The position numbers were made by a program, and so were the translations under genes. A stretch of 64,000 bases of DNA. It comes from Octopus vulgaris (lineage: Eukaryota). Every line of letters starts with the position of its first letter. The stretch's first letter is position 1. The stretch is from the NCBI GenBank assembly GCA_951406725.2, contig OX597816.1:152396001-152460000 (forward strand), read 5' to 3'. The notes beneath the pieces are model-generated. The model did not search any database. It worked only from the letters and a program-made list of their open reading frames with translations, and was not told the origin of the DNA. Shown piece after piece: positions 27,301-40,000 of the stretch.

Positions 27301-30300
27301 TCTGAATTTCTGCAGGCGGTTTGGCAAAAGAGACTGATAGAATAAGTACTAGGCTTACAAAGAATAAGTCCTGAGGTCGATTTGCTCGACTAAAGGCAGT
27401 GCTCCAGCATGGCCACAGTCAAATGACTGAAACAAGTAAAAGTAAAGAGTAGATATCCTTTTTAGAGGGAATATGAACTACTTAAAGCCAAAAAGTTAGA
27501 GATAAGTATTGGCTTTTAAAAACTCTTTGAGAGACATTTGCATCTAAGTATCTTACATGTCAAAATCAAATTTACTTCGTGAAGAATAAATATGAAGATG
27601 TTTCAATAATAAACAAGAAACAAAATTCACATGGAAAATAAAAAAAAAAATTTGTACCTTACAGAAAGAATGAAATATATTTGGTTTTTCACCATCTTTA
27701 GGTGACTTTGCAAGAGCAAGGAGGAAGTGAGACATTAGTCCAGACCGATGTCCTGTGCCTCTGTAGCCACCAATAATCAGTAAGTCAAGTTGATCCATCA
27801 AACCATCAACATATTCTGGTTTTACCTTGAACCATCCCTCTCGTCGGGCTTTGGGCCGATACACTGATTCACAGTCCTTTATCATTATTCCTTCTTCTCG
27901 GTCATCGATTGCCTTGTTCAAGGCTTCAATGCAGTCAGCCCTGGAGAAGGAGAAATATATATTTACTAGTTGATAAATGAATTGAAAATTCTTATAAAAT
28001 TATTCTTAAAATAATGTCATGGGAACCGTTGAGTAACTATACATTGTTGAATACGATTAAGGTACAGCTGTGTATTTGACTAACCCATATTTGGCTTGGC
28101 TTGAAGATTCAAAAATGAAACTTCTGCTTGAATCAGAAAATGCTGAGCAACCAAGTTAAACTTAGCAAGGCTTGAACTCAGAATGATATGCCACTAAATA
28201 TTAGATCTATATAAGAACTCTATCACTAACCTACATGTCTTTTAATTAGCTTTGTAGCAGTAAACCTTCCATTTTTATTGAAATTTGCATTCTAAAATAT
28301 GAAGTCTATACTTCAAACTAATGTGATAATAGCTAACCTATGAAAAGAAGACTTTTAACTTGCCAAACTAACTTACCATTATACTGTGTTCTGTCTATTA
28401 TTATTACAACTATAATTGTTTGTTTTTATGTCTCTACTTTATTCAAACACATCCATCACACTTATCTCTTTTCGTTTTATTATGTACAAAAGCCTATTCT
28501 CACTTCACATAACTCATAGTTTCTATGAAAAACTGCAATCATCAATAACTCTCCAGTTACTTATAGTGTTCTTCAGAATATCACCCTGCTACAATTGAAA
28601 CTAAGTGTTAACTTGGTCCACTGCATCTGTGGACTTTCCAAGACATACTCCAAATAGTAGTTGTGATACCTGTGCTGGTGGCACATAAAAAGCACCATCC
28701 GAACGTGGCCGATGCCAGCGCCGCCTCGACTGGCTTCTGTGCCGGTGGCACATTAAAAAGCACCATCCAAACGTGGCCGATGCCAGCGCCGCCTCGACTG
28801 GCTTCTGTGCTGGTGGCACATAAAAAGCACCACCCGAACGTGGCCGATGCCAGTGCCGCCTCGACTGGCTTCTGTGCCGGTGGCACATAAAAAGCACCAT
28901 CCGAACGTGGCCAATTCCAGCGCCGCCTTGACTGGCTTCTGTGCCGGTGGCACGTTAAAAGCACCAACCGATCGTGGCCGATGCCAGACTCCCCTGGCAC
29001 CTGTGCCAGTGGCATGTAAAAATTAGGAAGGGCATCCAGCTGTAGAAACACTGCCAGATCAGACTGGAGCCTGGCGCAGCCTCTGGCTTCTCAGATCCCG
29101 GTCGAACCGTCCAACCCGTGCTAGCGCAGAAAACGGACGTTAAACGATGATGATGATGATGATTTTTACTGAAAATTGTATAGTAGAATGCAGAGTGCAG
29201 TCTCAAAACAGAATAACATTTAATAGCAGAATGGAAGATTTGAGAGGTGTCATATATGTCTGGTTTACTATCTTTATAATTGGTGCTTTAGTCTACACCC
29301 AGAACCACAGTAATAGCTTAGGAGTGAAATTTAGGATTTCTTGGTTTTATGTGAATTGATTTTGATAAAACTTTTCCCAGTTGGTTTGCACACTATGGTA
29401 ACACCATTATTGTGTTTTCATTATTCTGTGTAATGTGCTTTCTTTTTTATTTCAGATTCTTCAGTTTCTGGGTGAACCATGCTAATAGCTTTTGAATGAA
29501 AACAGCCCATCTAGACATTTTTTTCAGAAAATGAAGGGTAATGATACATATTAAGCATACATTGAGTATATATTTAACAGAAAACCATAATAATAATATT
29601 ATAACATTTATTGATATAATGAATTATTTGGCCACATGTGTGCCATTTCAACATAACTTCAAAAACCCTGTTAGTCATGGAATATGTCAATTTCTTAATA
29701 GTAGCAGGTTGGACTGCTCCTGCTGCAGCTTTGATGGTTGCCCATAAGACATCTTTTGATGTCAATTGGTGTCCATCAGCATAACATTTTGTTTAATGAT
29801 GGATCAAAGATTTTTGATAGGGTTGAGATCCAGAGATGCTGGTGGCCACACCATCAACCTTTCACCTTGTATAGCCTAAGACCCTAGGAATGTTTGGGTG
29901 GTCCTAGCAGAGTGGGAGGCAGCATTGTCATGCATAAATATGAGATTCCTTAGAAGTGACGGCAGTATGTCATCTAGCCAGGGATCCAAGTCCTCATCCA
30001 GGAGATTGTAGTAGGTGGCTGCGGTCACTTTAACCACTCCAGACACCCTGACTGGGCCAACAAGTCCGTCCTCAATGATACCAGCCCACAACATGACTCC
30101 TCCACCTTGTTGTTGACACTCATCTCCAAAACAGACCCAATCATTTGCCCAACCATCAGACCCATCAAGGGTTGCCTTGGTTTTGTAAGTGAACAGAACA
30201 CAACTCATGTCTAACATCATGTACTTTTGGGCCCATTGAAGCCTTAACTCCTGTGACAGGGCATTAAAGGAGGTAGTTTCAGGGGTTCTCGCATGGAAGC

Positions 30301-32113
30301 CATGATCCCAAGGATGTGATTTCTGGTGATTTTTGGTACATGAGGAAGTCTGGATGTGGTGAAAATGGCTTTGCTTGCTTGTCCAGGTTTCCCATGTAAC
30401 TTGTAGCTAATATTCCTTAAATCCTTAGCTTCACAATCTTGGAGGTCCCACAACTGAATCATTTCTTCCTTGGTGAAGGAATTGTCTAACTAATTTCTCT
30501 TCAATGACATGAAGAGAGGTGCCTTTAGTGCTTTCTTTGATGATGACAGACTTTTCTTCATCGCTGAGGCCTTTTCCACATCTCATTGTTCTTAGAGAGG
30601 AGAGGTGCTATTAGCATGGTTCACCCAAAAACTGAAGAAAGGAAGTTACACAGAATAATGAAAACATAACAATGGTGTTGCCATAGTGTGCAAACCAGCT
30701 GGGAAACAGACTAGGGCAACTCAACAGCAACATAAGCAAAAATAAAAAAGAGAAAAAAATCAGTAGAGTTATTCTGTACTCACTTGGATACACCTTTTTT
30801 ATAGTGACTAATCTGTATTCTACCACTGATGGGTGCAATGGTCTCTCGTATGTATGGTAGGCGCTCTGTGATTGGTAAATTTGTCAAGACTTTATCGTTA
30901 TGCAATAGAATATCAAAGACTATGAAACACGGGTTGTAATCACCGCTGTCAGCTGATTTGATATCATAATGATTGGCTTTGGTTCCTGTAACAAGTTAGA
31001 AAACATTATGCTTTTCAATGATTTATGTGTGTGTGAGTTTGTATAATTTTGTGCGTGCGTGTTATGTTGTTGCTTAGCTCCTAATTATCCCAGACTGAAC
31101 TGACCTATGATCAAATGTGTTCCAGGCATAATTTTTCTGTGTGTATTTTCAAGCACGGTCTAACTAGAACTACATTAACCCTTTAGCATTTAAACCGGCC
31201 ATATCCGGCCAAAAGTATTCTGCTTGTTTTACGTTCAAACTGGCCAGATCTGGTCTCTCACACCAACCCTACAATATTGTTTGAAAAATGAACAGCTACC
31301 TCATCAAAATCTCATAGCTACAACATAATGCATGATTAGTTCAAAACAATGTGGATGAAAAAGGATTAATTTTGGCAGAATAATGTGAACACTAAAGGGT
31401 TAAAAGACATGTGATTTGAGAAAGATTACATAACATAAACAGAAATAGAAAAATCAGAAGTTTGCCTCTCTTCTGCTACAAGAAGATCAGAGTTATTTCA
31501 GAGTATCAAGATAAATAAAAAATTATTAGGGAAAATATGTTTGAAATGCAAATAGTGCACTTACTAATGCAGATACTTAGAAGAAAGAGGCCTGAAAAAT
31601 GCTATTGTCGAATATGAAAAATGTGTGTGAGGAAGAGAAACTACTCAAACTATATCGAATAGAGGGACTAGCCATTGAAATGGACAGTTACATAGTAACA
31701 AAAGTCATTAAATATATGAAAACAGAGAGAAAGAGTAGCGGGGCTATAGGTAAGTTGCTGAGACAATGAAGATATCTAGCAAAGTAGGGCTTAAGAAAGG
31801 AAGTGTTGTACCAAATTACTGGCATAGCAGTAAAATTGCCAACAACTGCAAAGGAGATGCTTTGGGAAGATTTGTGCTTTTAAATGTGGCCATTTTGTTG
31901 TTCTTGATTTGATCCAACACCGGTTGAACAGATCTATGTTCAAAAGCATTCTCACCATGACCAGTCTATCTGTAAAGAAGAATATATTATCCAATATATT
32001 CCTCATCATACCCTTTTACTCCCAAATGTCCTTCACTTACTTTTGATACATTTAAGGTATGGTTTAAAGGAAATTTGATTAGCTAAGTGTATGTGTGTGT
32101 GTGTGTGTGTATA

Positions 32114-32148
<35 letters not shown>

Positions 32149-34036
32149 ATGTACACACACACGCACACACAACAGGCTTCTTGGCTCCTTTCAGTTTCCA
32201 CCAACCATATGCAATCACAAAGCTTTGGTTGGCATGGGGCTATTGTAGAAGGCACTTGCCCAAAGTGCCATGCAGTGGGACTGAACCTCAAACCATATGG
32301 TTGGGAATCAAAGTCCTTACCACACAGTTACATCTGTGTCTTTATATGTGTAGGTGTGTGAATGTATGTGTATGTATATATGAGAGAAACAGAGAGAGAG
32401 AGAGAAAGTTTGTGTTAAAGGGAAACAATGTTTTCAGCTAAAGTGAGTAACTTACCAAACTCGCCAGTGTCTGAGTTGTATCCAAGCATTTCTCCATCTA
32501 AGATACAGGAATGGATACCAGGAAGAAAGCTCTCATGAATGTATTGTGTAATGGTGCCTTGAAAGGCAGATGCTCCAAATGTTTTTGAATAATTATGTCC
32601 ACTGGAAATGCAAATAAATAAATGAAGAAAGCTTGCATGGTTATTTCTTGGCAGTGGTAGTTATGGTATTGATAATGAATGCAAGTTATATACATATACA
32701 TAAATATATATACATACACAAATAGCACGTTATTGTATATACAATAACATGCCATTCACTTCCCAGAACTTTTTCCATGTGCATCTCACTCTAGCTACTG
32801 TCACCGAGTCTAATCCACTCCTCTATTCTTCATGTCTTTATGTATTGTAGGTAATAAAATGTTTTGATGTCTTCTGTCTTAATGCCATTTTCAAAATCCA
32901 TCTCAACATTCCTCCCATCTACAGTCTCTTTCATACACACCTTATACTTAAGTGTAACTGTTATATTACTAAATGACCCTCTCACACCACCTCATTTTCA
33001 ATATACTCACTCAGCACATATTGTACATTTAATGGAGTCCACTCCAAACATCTTCTTTCCATAATGCATGTGACCACTTACCTGTTTTCTCCACCTCACA
33101 AAATGTTTTACAATTTATCATCATCTTTTACTTTCTGATATTTATCCTCATACCTTTTACCTCCATACACTCCATCCACATATTTGTCTTTACTTTCAAT
33201 CCAACCATGCTTGCTATTATTAATGCCATATCATCTACGGATAGTAATTCCCATAGTAAACTCTTCTTTACACTTAAAGTCAGTAGCACCTTCATCATGA
33301 TTACAAATAGTAATAAGTTTAATACTGATTCCTGGTGCTATCTAACCTTCACTACAAACTCAACATTATTTCTGTCTTCTGTTACTGTGGCCGTGTATAC
33401 TCTCTTATGTGGAGGTGCATGATTTAGTGGCTAGGGTGTTGGACTCATGAGAGTAAGATTGTGGTTTCAATATCTGAACTGGATGATGTGTTATGTTTGT
33501 AACAGTATCAGAAAGGATAGGTAGTTAAGTTACCACTTTAACAAAATAGAAAGATGATACCACATTAGCTAGGATAGTGTGCATGTAAGAAACATCAGAA
33601 GACAATATTTTCCTGTTAATAAACACAACAATTTATGCCTTAAATGGTAGTTCACACATGTCAGTAGAAAGCATATCACAAGGTTATTAATGTTAAAAAG
33701 TTAAACAGGGTGTAGTGTGAGACAAATTAATTTCTAATAATGTACAAGTTGGTTAAGTTTGTAACTTGAAGGTTTTAAAGTGTAAGTATATAATAATAAT
33801 AATAATAATAATAAAACATTGTGCACAGTGCTCAGGTGCACTACAACTCATCTAAAGTGTATGCATAGTACATAGGGTAATGTACAAGCGTCAGGAAAAG
33901 AACAGTGCATGAGTCATGACATACACATATGTGTATGAGTATGGAAGGGGGACAATCAGGTGTAGTTTTGGCGGATTTCGGAAAGCATGAGGGCCTTGGA
34001 TGCAATGATGTATATATATATATAGATGTATGTGTG

Positions 34037-34071
<35 letters not shown>

Positions 34072-37000
34072 TGAGAAAGTTGATGTGTGAAAGCACGTGG
34101 TTGAATATATAGAAAATAATAAAAAGTGAATAAACTACAGGAAATTCTAAACATACACCAAATCATTAAAAGCTACAAACAGTGTCATGGCAGTCAACAA
34201 CCGACGCAGGCAGTTTGTTCCATGCTTCAGTAACTCTGAGCGTGAAAAAATGTTTCCGAAAGTCATGGGAGTTGTGCTGTTTTCTGACTTTGTAGGCATG
34301 TCCACGTGTGTTGTTGTTGGTGAGGTGGTTGATAACTTTGTGGGTGTTTACCAAGTCCATCGCCAGACGCCAGAGCTTCAGTGAATCCATGCCCAGGGAA
34401 ACAAGGCGCTCAGAGTATGGTAGGTGTCTGATGGAGGGTATGCGTTTGGTTGCACGTCTCTGAACAGATTCCAGGAGGTCAATGTTCTGAGCAAGATAGG
34501 GGTTCCAAACTGATGATGCGAATTCCAAGTGTGGTCGTATACAACAAATTCAATGAGTGGTATGCAAGGCGAGTTAGAATCTTGCTGATAAATCAGTGAC
34601 TACATCTTGTCAACTTGAAGTACCAACAGCAATGAGGTGTTTTCATCTCGGCAGTCCAACACAACTCTCTTTGATTCTTGAAAAAGGCATGCTTCACTGC
34701 TGGGTAGAAGTTGCCACATGTATCCTTCCACAGCCAGCAGTAATTGGATGAATTGGGCAAAGCACAACTGTGCTATGCTGCCACAACAAAATAGTGCTAA
34801 TATGTCTCACTACATGTTCTTAAGCAAAACACTTCATTTCAATGTTGTTCCAGTTCACACAGCAGTTAAAAATGAGTAATCCTGCAACAGAGTGGCATCC
34901 CATCTAGGGAGGAATATATACATGAGAGAAAATCACAGTTGTGGCAGATACTGGTGTCACACAAATGGCACTAATGCTGGTGGCAAGTAAAAGCACCCAT
35001 TACTCTCAGAGTGGTTGGTGTTAGGAAGGGCATCCAACTGTAGAAAACCATGCCAAATCAGACTGGAGTCTGGTGCAGCCTTCCAGCTTATATATACATA
35101 TATCATCATCATTGTTTAATGTCCACTGTCCATGCCGGCCAGGGTTGGACCATATATATAAATCTCCTGCAATGGGTTTAGAGCAGGCATTTGGCCCCAA
35201 ATCGGTAGTTGTAGGTGGATTTATCTGGCCTACATGGGTTAGATGTGGGTAGGAATGATGCTGTACTATTCACACACACAATGTAAATGGCCTATATCAG
35301 GAAAAATGTCTTACTTTCGAGAGAAGTAACTATAGTCATCATTTTGTTTGTGAAGCTGTATCCTTTCACCATCAAATTTAGTCTCAATCAAATAGGGCTT
35401 CCCAGACAATACTTCAGAAATCTACAAAAAAATTCAAACATATATATGTATATATATACAACATTTACACATGATTCCAAAGAATCAATTTCTGATTTTA
35501 TGTTTATGATAACCTTATGCATCAATGGTTGTATATATTATTGCAATGCTCATGAGATTGATTTTTGAAGAAAAAACTGTAAATCAATGAAATAAAAAGA
35601 CTTGCTTATGCCATACTCCTTGGATGCAATGATGTATATATATAGATGTATGTGTGTAATATATATATATATATATATATAAATATGGATGCATTGTCTC
35701 CTTAAGCAAAACACTTAATTTCACGTTGCTCCAGTTCACTCAGCTGGAAAAAATGAGTTGTACTTGTATTTCAAAGGGCTGGCCTTGTCACATTCTGTGT
35801 CTGGCTGAATCTTCTCGAGAACTATGTTAAGGGTACGTATGTCTGTGGAGTGCTCAACCACTTGCATGTTAATTCCACGAGCAAGCTGTTCCATTGATCA
35901 ACTGGAACCCTTGTCATTGTAACCGACAAAGTGCCAGTTTAGTTTAGCTTCTATAAATATATAGATTATGTATTGGCACCACATAATAGCACCCATGCCA
36001 TGTAAAAGCTGAGTGAAAGGAAAATTATACAATGCTACATGGTAGTGAGATGTGTGCCTAAATGCAGATGACACATGAAGACTAGAGAGGAATAAAACTA
36101 GTATACTCTGCTGGATTTGCTATGTCAAATTTCAAAGAGGAATTAGGTGTAATGTAAGAGAGATGACTGCTGGTTTGGTCATGTGATTGCATATGGATGA
36201 GAGAGTTGCATAAAGAAGTGCTGACCACTTAAAGTGGATGGAGCTTGTGAAAGAAGAAACACAGGAAGATATGGGTTGAAGTAATGAAGGACAATCTCAA
36301 GATACTGAACCTTAAGGAAGAGATGACAAAGGACAAAGTAATCTGGTGTCTTGCTGTGCTTGAGAAAACCTGACTACCACAACAGAATTGATATTCTAAA
36401 ACTACCTTGGTAAATGTTTGAACATGTGAAGCTCTGCCCCACCTTCATTCTCATTGCCCCCTGTCAAGCTTCCCCAACATCTCATTCCTTACACTCATCA
36501 CATCTTTATCTCTGGTATTATTAAGCTATCATAATCCCCTGAAAGCAGAATAGGCACATTCTATGCACTGTCACCCCTACCTTGTTACCTTCTGCTCCAC
36601 CTCTCTAGAACCATTTTCAATCCTTATTGGTTTCTCTCTAGCCATGCTCTCTCTCTCTTCTGCTAGACTTCCACTAGATTCCTTAGAATCACTTTCATTC
36701 CTTATCTTCCTTGTACCATGCTTTTTCCTCTCTGCCAGACTCCATCCTTACACCTGTTTCATCCCCTATCTCTCCCAATGCCTTCACATATCTAACATAA
36801 CTCCCACCCCCCACGAACTACTCCTATATCTCTCACCTTCAATTGCAACAGCCACCTCGATTCCAGCTAACCATTTCTCCTTATATTCTTTTGAAATTTT
36901 CCTTTCTGTACCTCCACCCAGTCCAATCCTCTGTATCACTTTATGTTTATACCTTCACTGTGCCTTGAGGGTATATCCTGATACATATCCACCAACATCT

Positions 37001-40000
37001 CTCTCACTTTCTCAATCTCAATCCTTCCTTTATCTCTAACTGCTTTATCCTTGTATCTCTTCCATAGCAAGACATCTATCTCTATCTCTCAATTATTCTT
37101 CTAACTTCTCATCAACTAGCATGAAACCACTGCCTTCAATACTACTACCCCTGTTTGAGGGGACTTTGTTTTGCTTTGCAAGTTGCTTAGTGACTCTGCC
37201 AGTACTGGTGCCACATAAAGAACACCCAGTACACTCTGTAAAGCAGTTGGTGTTAAGAAAGGCATCCAGTGATATAAACTATGTCAAAGCAGACAATAGA
37301 GCTCAGTATAGCTCTCTGGCTTGCCAGCTCTTGTCAAACTGTCCAACCCATGCCAGCATAGAAAGCAGACGTTAAATAATGATGATGATAATGATGCATA
37401 TAAAGAAACTGTTAGAATATCAAAATTGTCAACTATTCTTCTATTATAACTTCTTTTATATGGGATTAAATAATTAAAAATAGAAACAAAGGAAATATAC
37501 AGATATAAATAAAAGAAGTGAGACACATTGAAAATAAGTTATAAGTTTAGACAAGTATAGTTACCTTGTTTGGGTGAGCAGTTTCTCCTAACATTGGTGA
37601 AAATGGAGTAAATAATGAAATGGCAATCTCATGAGATCTGATGTTAGGATCTGATAGTTGTAAACAGACCTTTAAAAGATAGAAAACATGTCAAAGTTGT
37701 TATTATTACTAGCTGGACCCATGAAAACTTCACGGAAAACATAGAAAATGTATGCATCTGTAAATTGTGTGCTGGTGCCATGAGAAATGCTTCTATATTG
37801 TGACACTTACAGAATATAGAAAGAAGTGTGAAACTGATAACTATATAATCCAACCAAAATATCTCAGTTACACAAACGTAAACAGAATTACTATTTAGCC
37901 TTAAAATACACTACCATCAGAAATTAATTAGCACCCTTGATTTGCTCTTCACTCAAGGTATGTGCTGTCACCTAGTGGCCATATCTCGAACTATTGCTTT
38001 GTTGCGAGTTCACTGTTGCGCAGAACGATGACGTAACTTTGTTTGCAGAGCAGTTTGAGAGTCTACAGCCTTATGATGTTGACATAGCAGTGCAACAACA
38101 ACTTGGAGTGCGGATGCAGACAAATCTTTCTTTGTTTAATAGATATAGGTAGCGCCTCGCAAGGACCGAAATCACACCATACTAAGTTTTCTCATCACGT
38201 AAGACGTTTTGAACAGCTCATAGGTTAATTGATTTAACCTATTTAATGTAGAAATTTGAGAAGTGCTAATTAATTTCTGACGCAAGTGTACATTGAACAT
38301 ATTCAAAGAACCTTCTTTGTTTAGTGGTATGGAATGTTCTACTGGTATTCTTTTATTCTTTTACATGTTTCAGTCATTTGACTGTGGCCATGCTGGAGCA
38401 CTGTCCTTTAATCAAAGAAATTGACCCCTGGACTTATTTTATGTAAGCCTAGTGCTTCTTCTATCAGTCTCTTCTACCAAACAGGTAAGTTATGGGGACT
38501 CAAACACACCAACATCGGTAGTCAAGTAATGGTGGAGGGGGAAAAAACACAGACACAAACATACACACATAAATATAGACACGGGCTTCTTTCAGTTTCC
38601 ATCAACCAAATCCACTCATGAGGCTTTGGTTGGCCTGAGGCTATAGAAGACATTCTTTAAAGTACAGAGTTGAATTTCGTGTAGCCACCTGCTGGCAACT
38701 TTTTTCCCCACCCATTTTTCTGGGCTCTTTTCACAGCTATACCTCATTCAAAATTTGCATTAGCTTTTGTATGAAAAAAAAGGAAAGGAGGGGAGCTTGT
38801 TTGTAGATTGTAGAGAAAATGTTAAATGTGCCTGAAAGAAAAAAAAAACATGGTCTTTCTCCCTAAGTAAAAGACATGAAGAACTATCAAAGAAGGCAAA
38901 TAAGTACCAGGGGTGGGGGAAAGAAGAGAGAACTAACACTCGATCCTTCTAGAACTCCTGGGATAAAAAGGTAAACACCTGAAAGACTTTCCCTCTATTC
39001 ATTACTAAATGTCTTTCCCTCTTCTTCATTGTTAAAAGTAAAGAAGCTAGAAAAGATTGATCGTATTTCATTCTAATTGTCATTTTAAATGTCTGAGGCT
39101 TTCCTTTCTGTCTCTATCACTTCACCCACTTTCTCTACAGTTAAGAGAGTTAAAGTGCATGGCTCAGTGGTTAGGGGTATTTGGCTCACAATCATAAAAT
39201 CATGAGTTCAATTCCTGGCAGCGTGCTGTGTTCTTGAGCAAGGTACTGTACTTCACCTTGCTGCAGTCCACTCAGCTGGCAAAAATGAGTTGTAACTGTA
39301 TTTGAAAAGGGGCCAGCCTCATCACATTCTTTGTGAGGTTGAATCTCCCTGAGAACTATGTTATGGCATGCATGTCTGTGGAGTACTCAGCCACTTGTGC
39401 ATAAATTTTATGAGCAGACTGTTCAGTTGATCAGATAAACAGGAACCTTGTCATCGTAACCGACGAAGTGCCATTTTTTTAAAAAGAGTGAAAGAAAAGG
39501 AAATGTTCCATATTGTAAGGCAAAAATGTCATGTGTTCAGTATAAGTATTGAAAGCTAAAACAAAATAAGTGCTATTCCGTCATGTAGTGACTTTGCCCT
39601 TGACTCGCGTTCAATTTGATAACAACAACAACCTGCACATCGGTGTTTATCTGGGGGCTTGGCCTCCAAATCTGTGAGACCCACAAATGCCGCTGTTAGG
39701 ACTGGATTAACACCCATAATGACCCTAATGACTAAAAAGATATCAGAAATTATTATATTATTTATTCACTTATTTAAGAAGTGATAGTTAGAGAAATATT
39801 TAATGTGTTGTTTTGTGTTCAAGAAGACAGTCAAATGTAATTTGATGGTAATTAACAACCAGCAAAAGTTCTGAAACCGAAAGTCATTCTAAGATATCAC
39901 AGTTCTACTGACCTTTTCAAGATTATTGTTCACATTAAACATCTCTTCAGCATCAGGGTGATATACACCAAATATGGAAGCTTGACTCAAACCAACTTTT

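Noticed and set aside
28670-28990. Regular 67-bp repeats resembling a CRISPR array
   Set aside because: There are no unique spacers; whole units repeat in tandem inside a LINE 3'UTR in eukaryotic DNA.
36563-37039. 158-aa Leu/Ser/Pro-rich ORF
   Set aside because: A by-product of a pyrimidine-rich repeat UTR with few stop codons.
39155-39230. tRNA gene
   Set aside because: A/B-box-like motifs are present but there is no complete cloverleaf, and it continues into a repeated SINE body.
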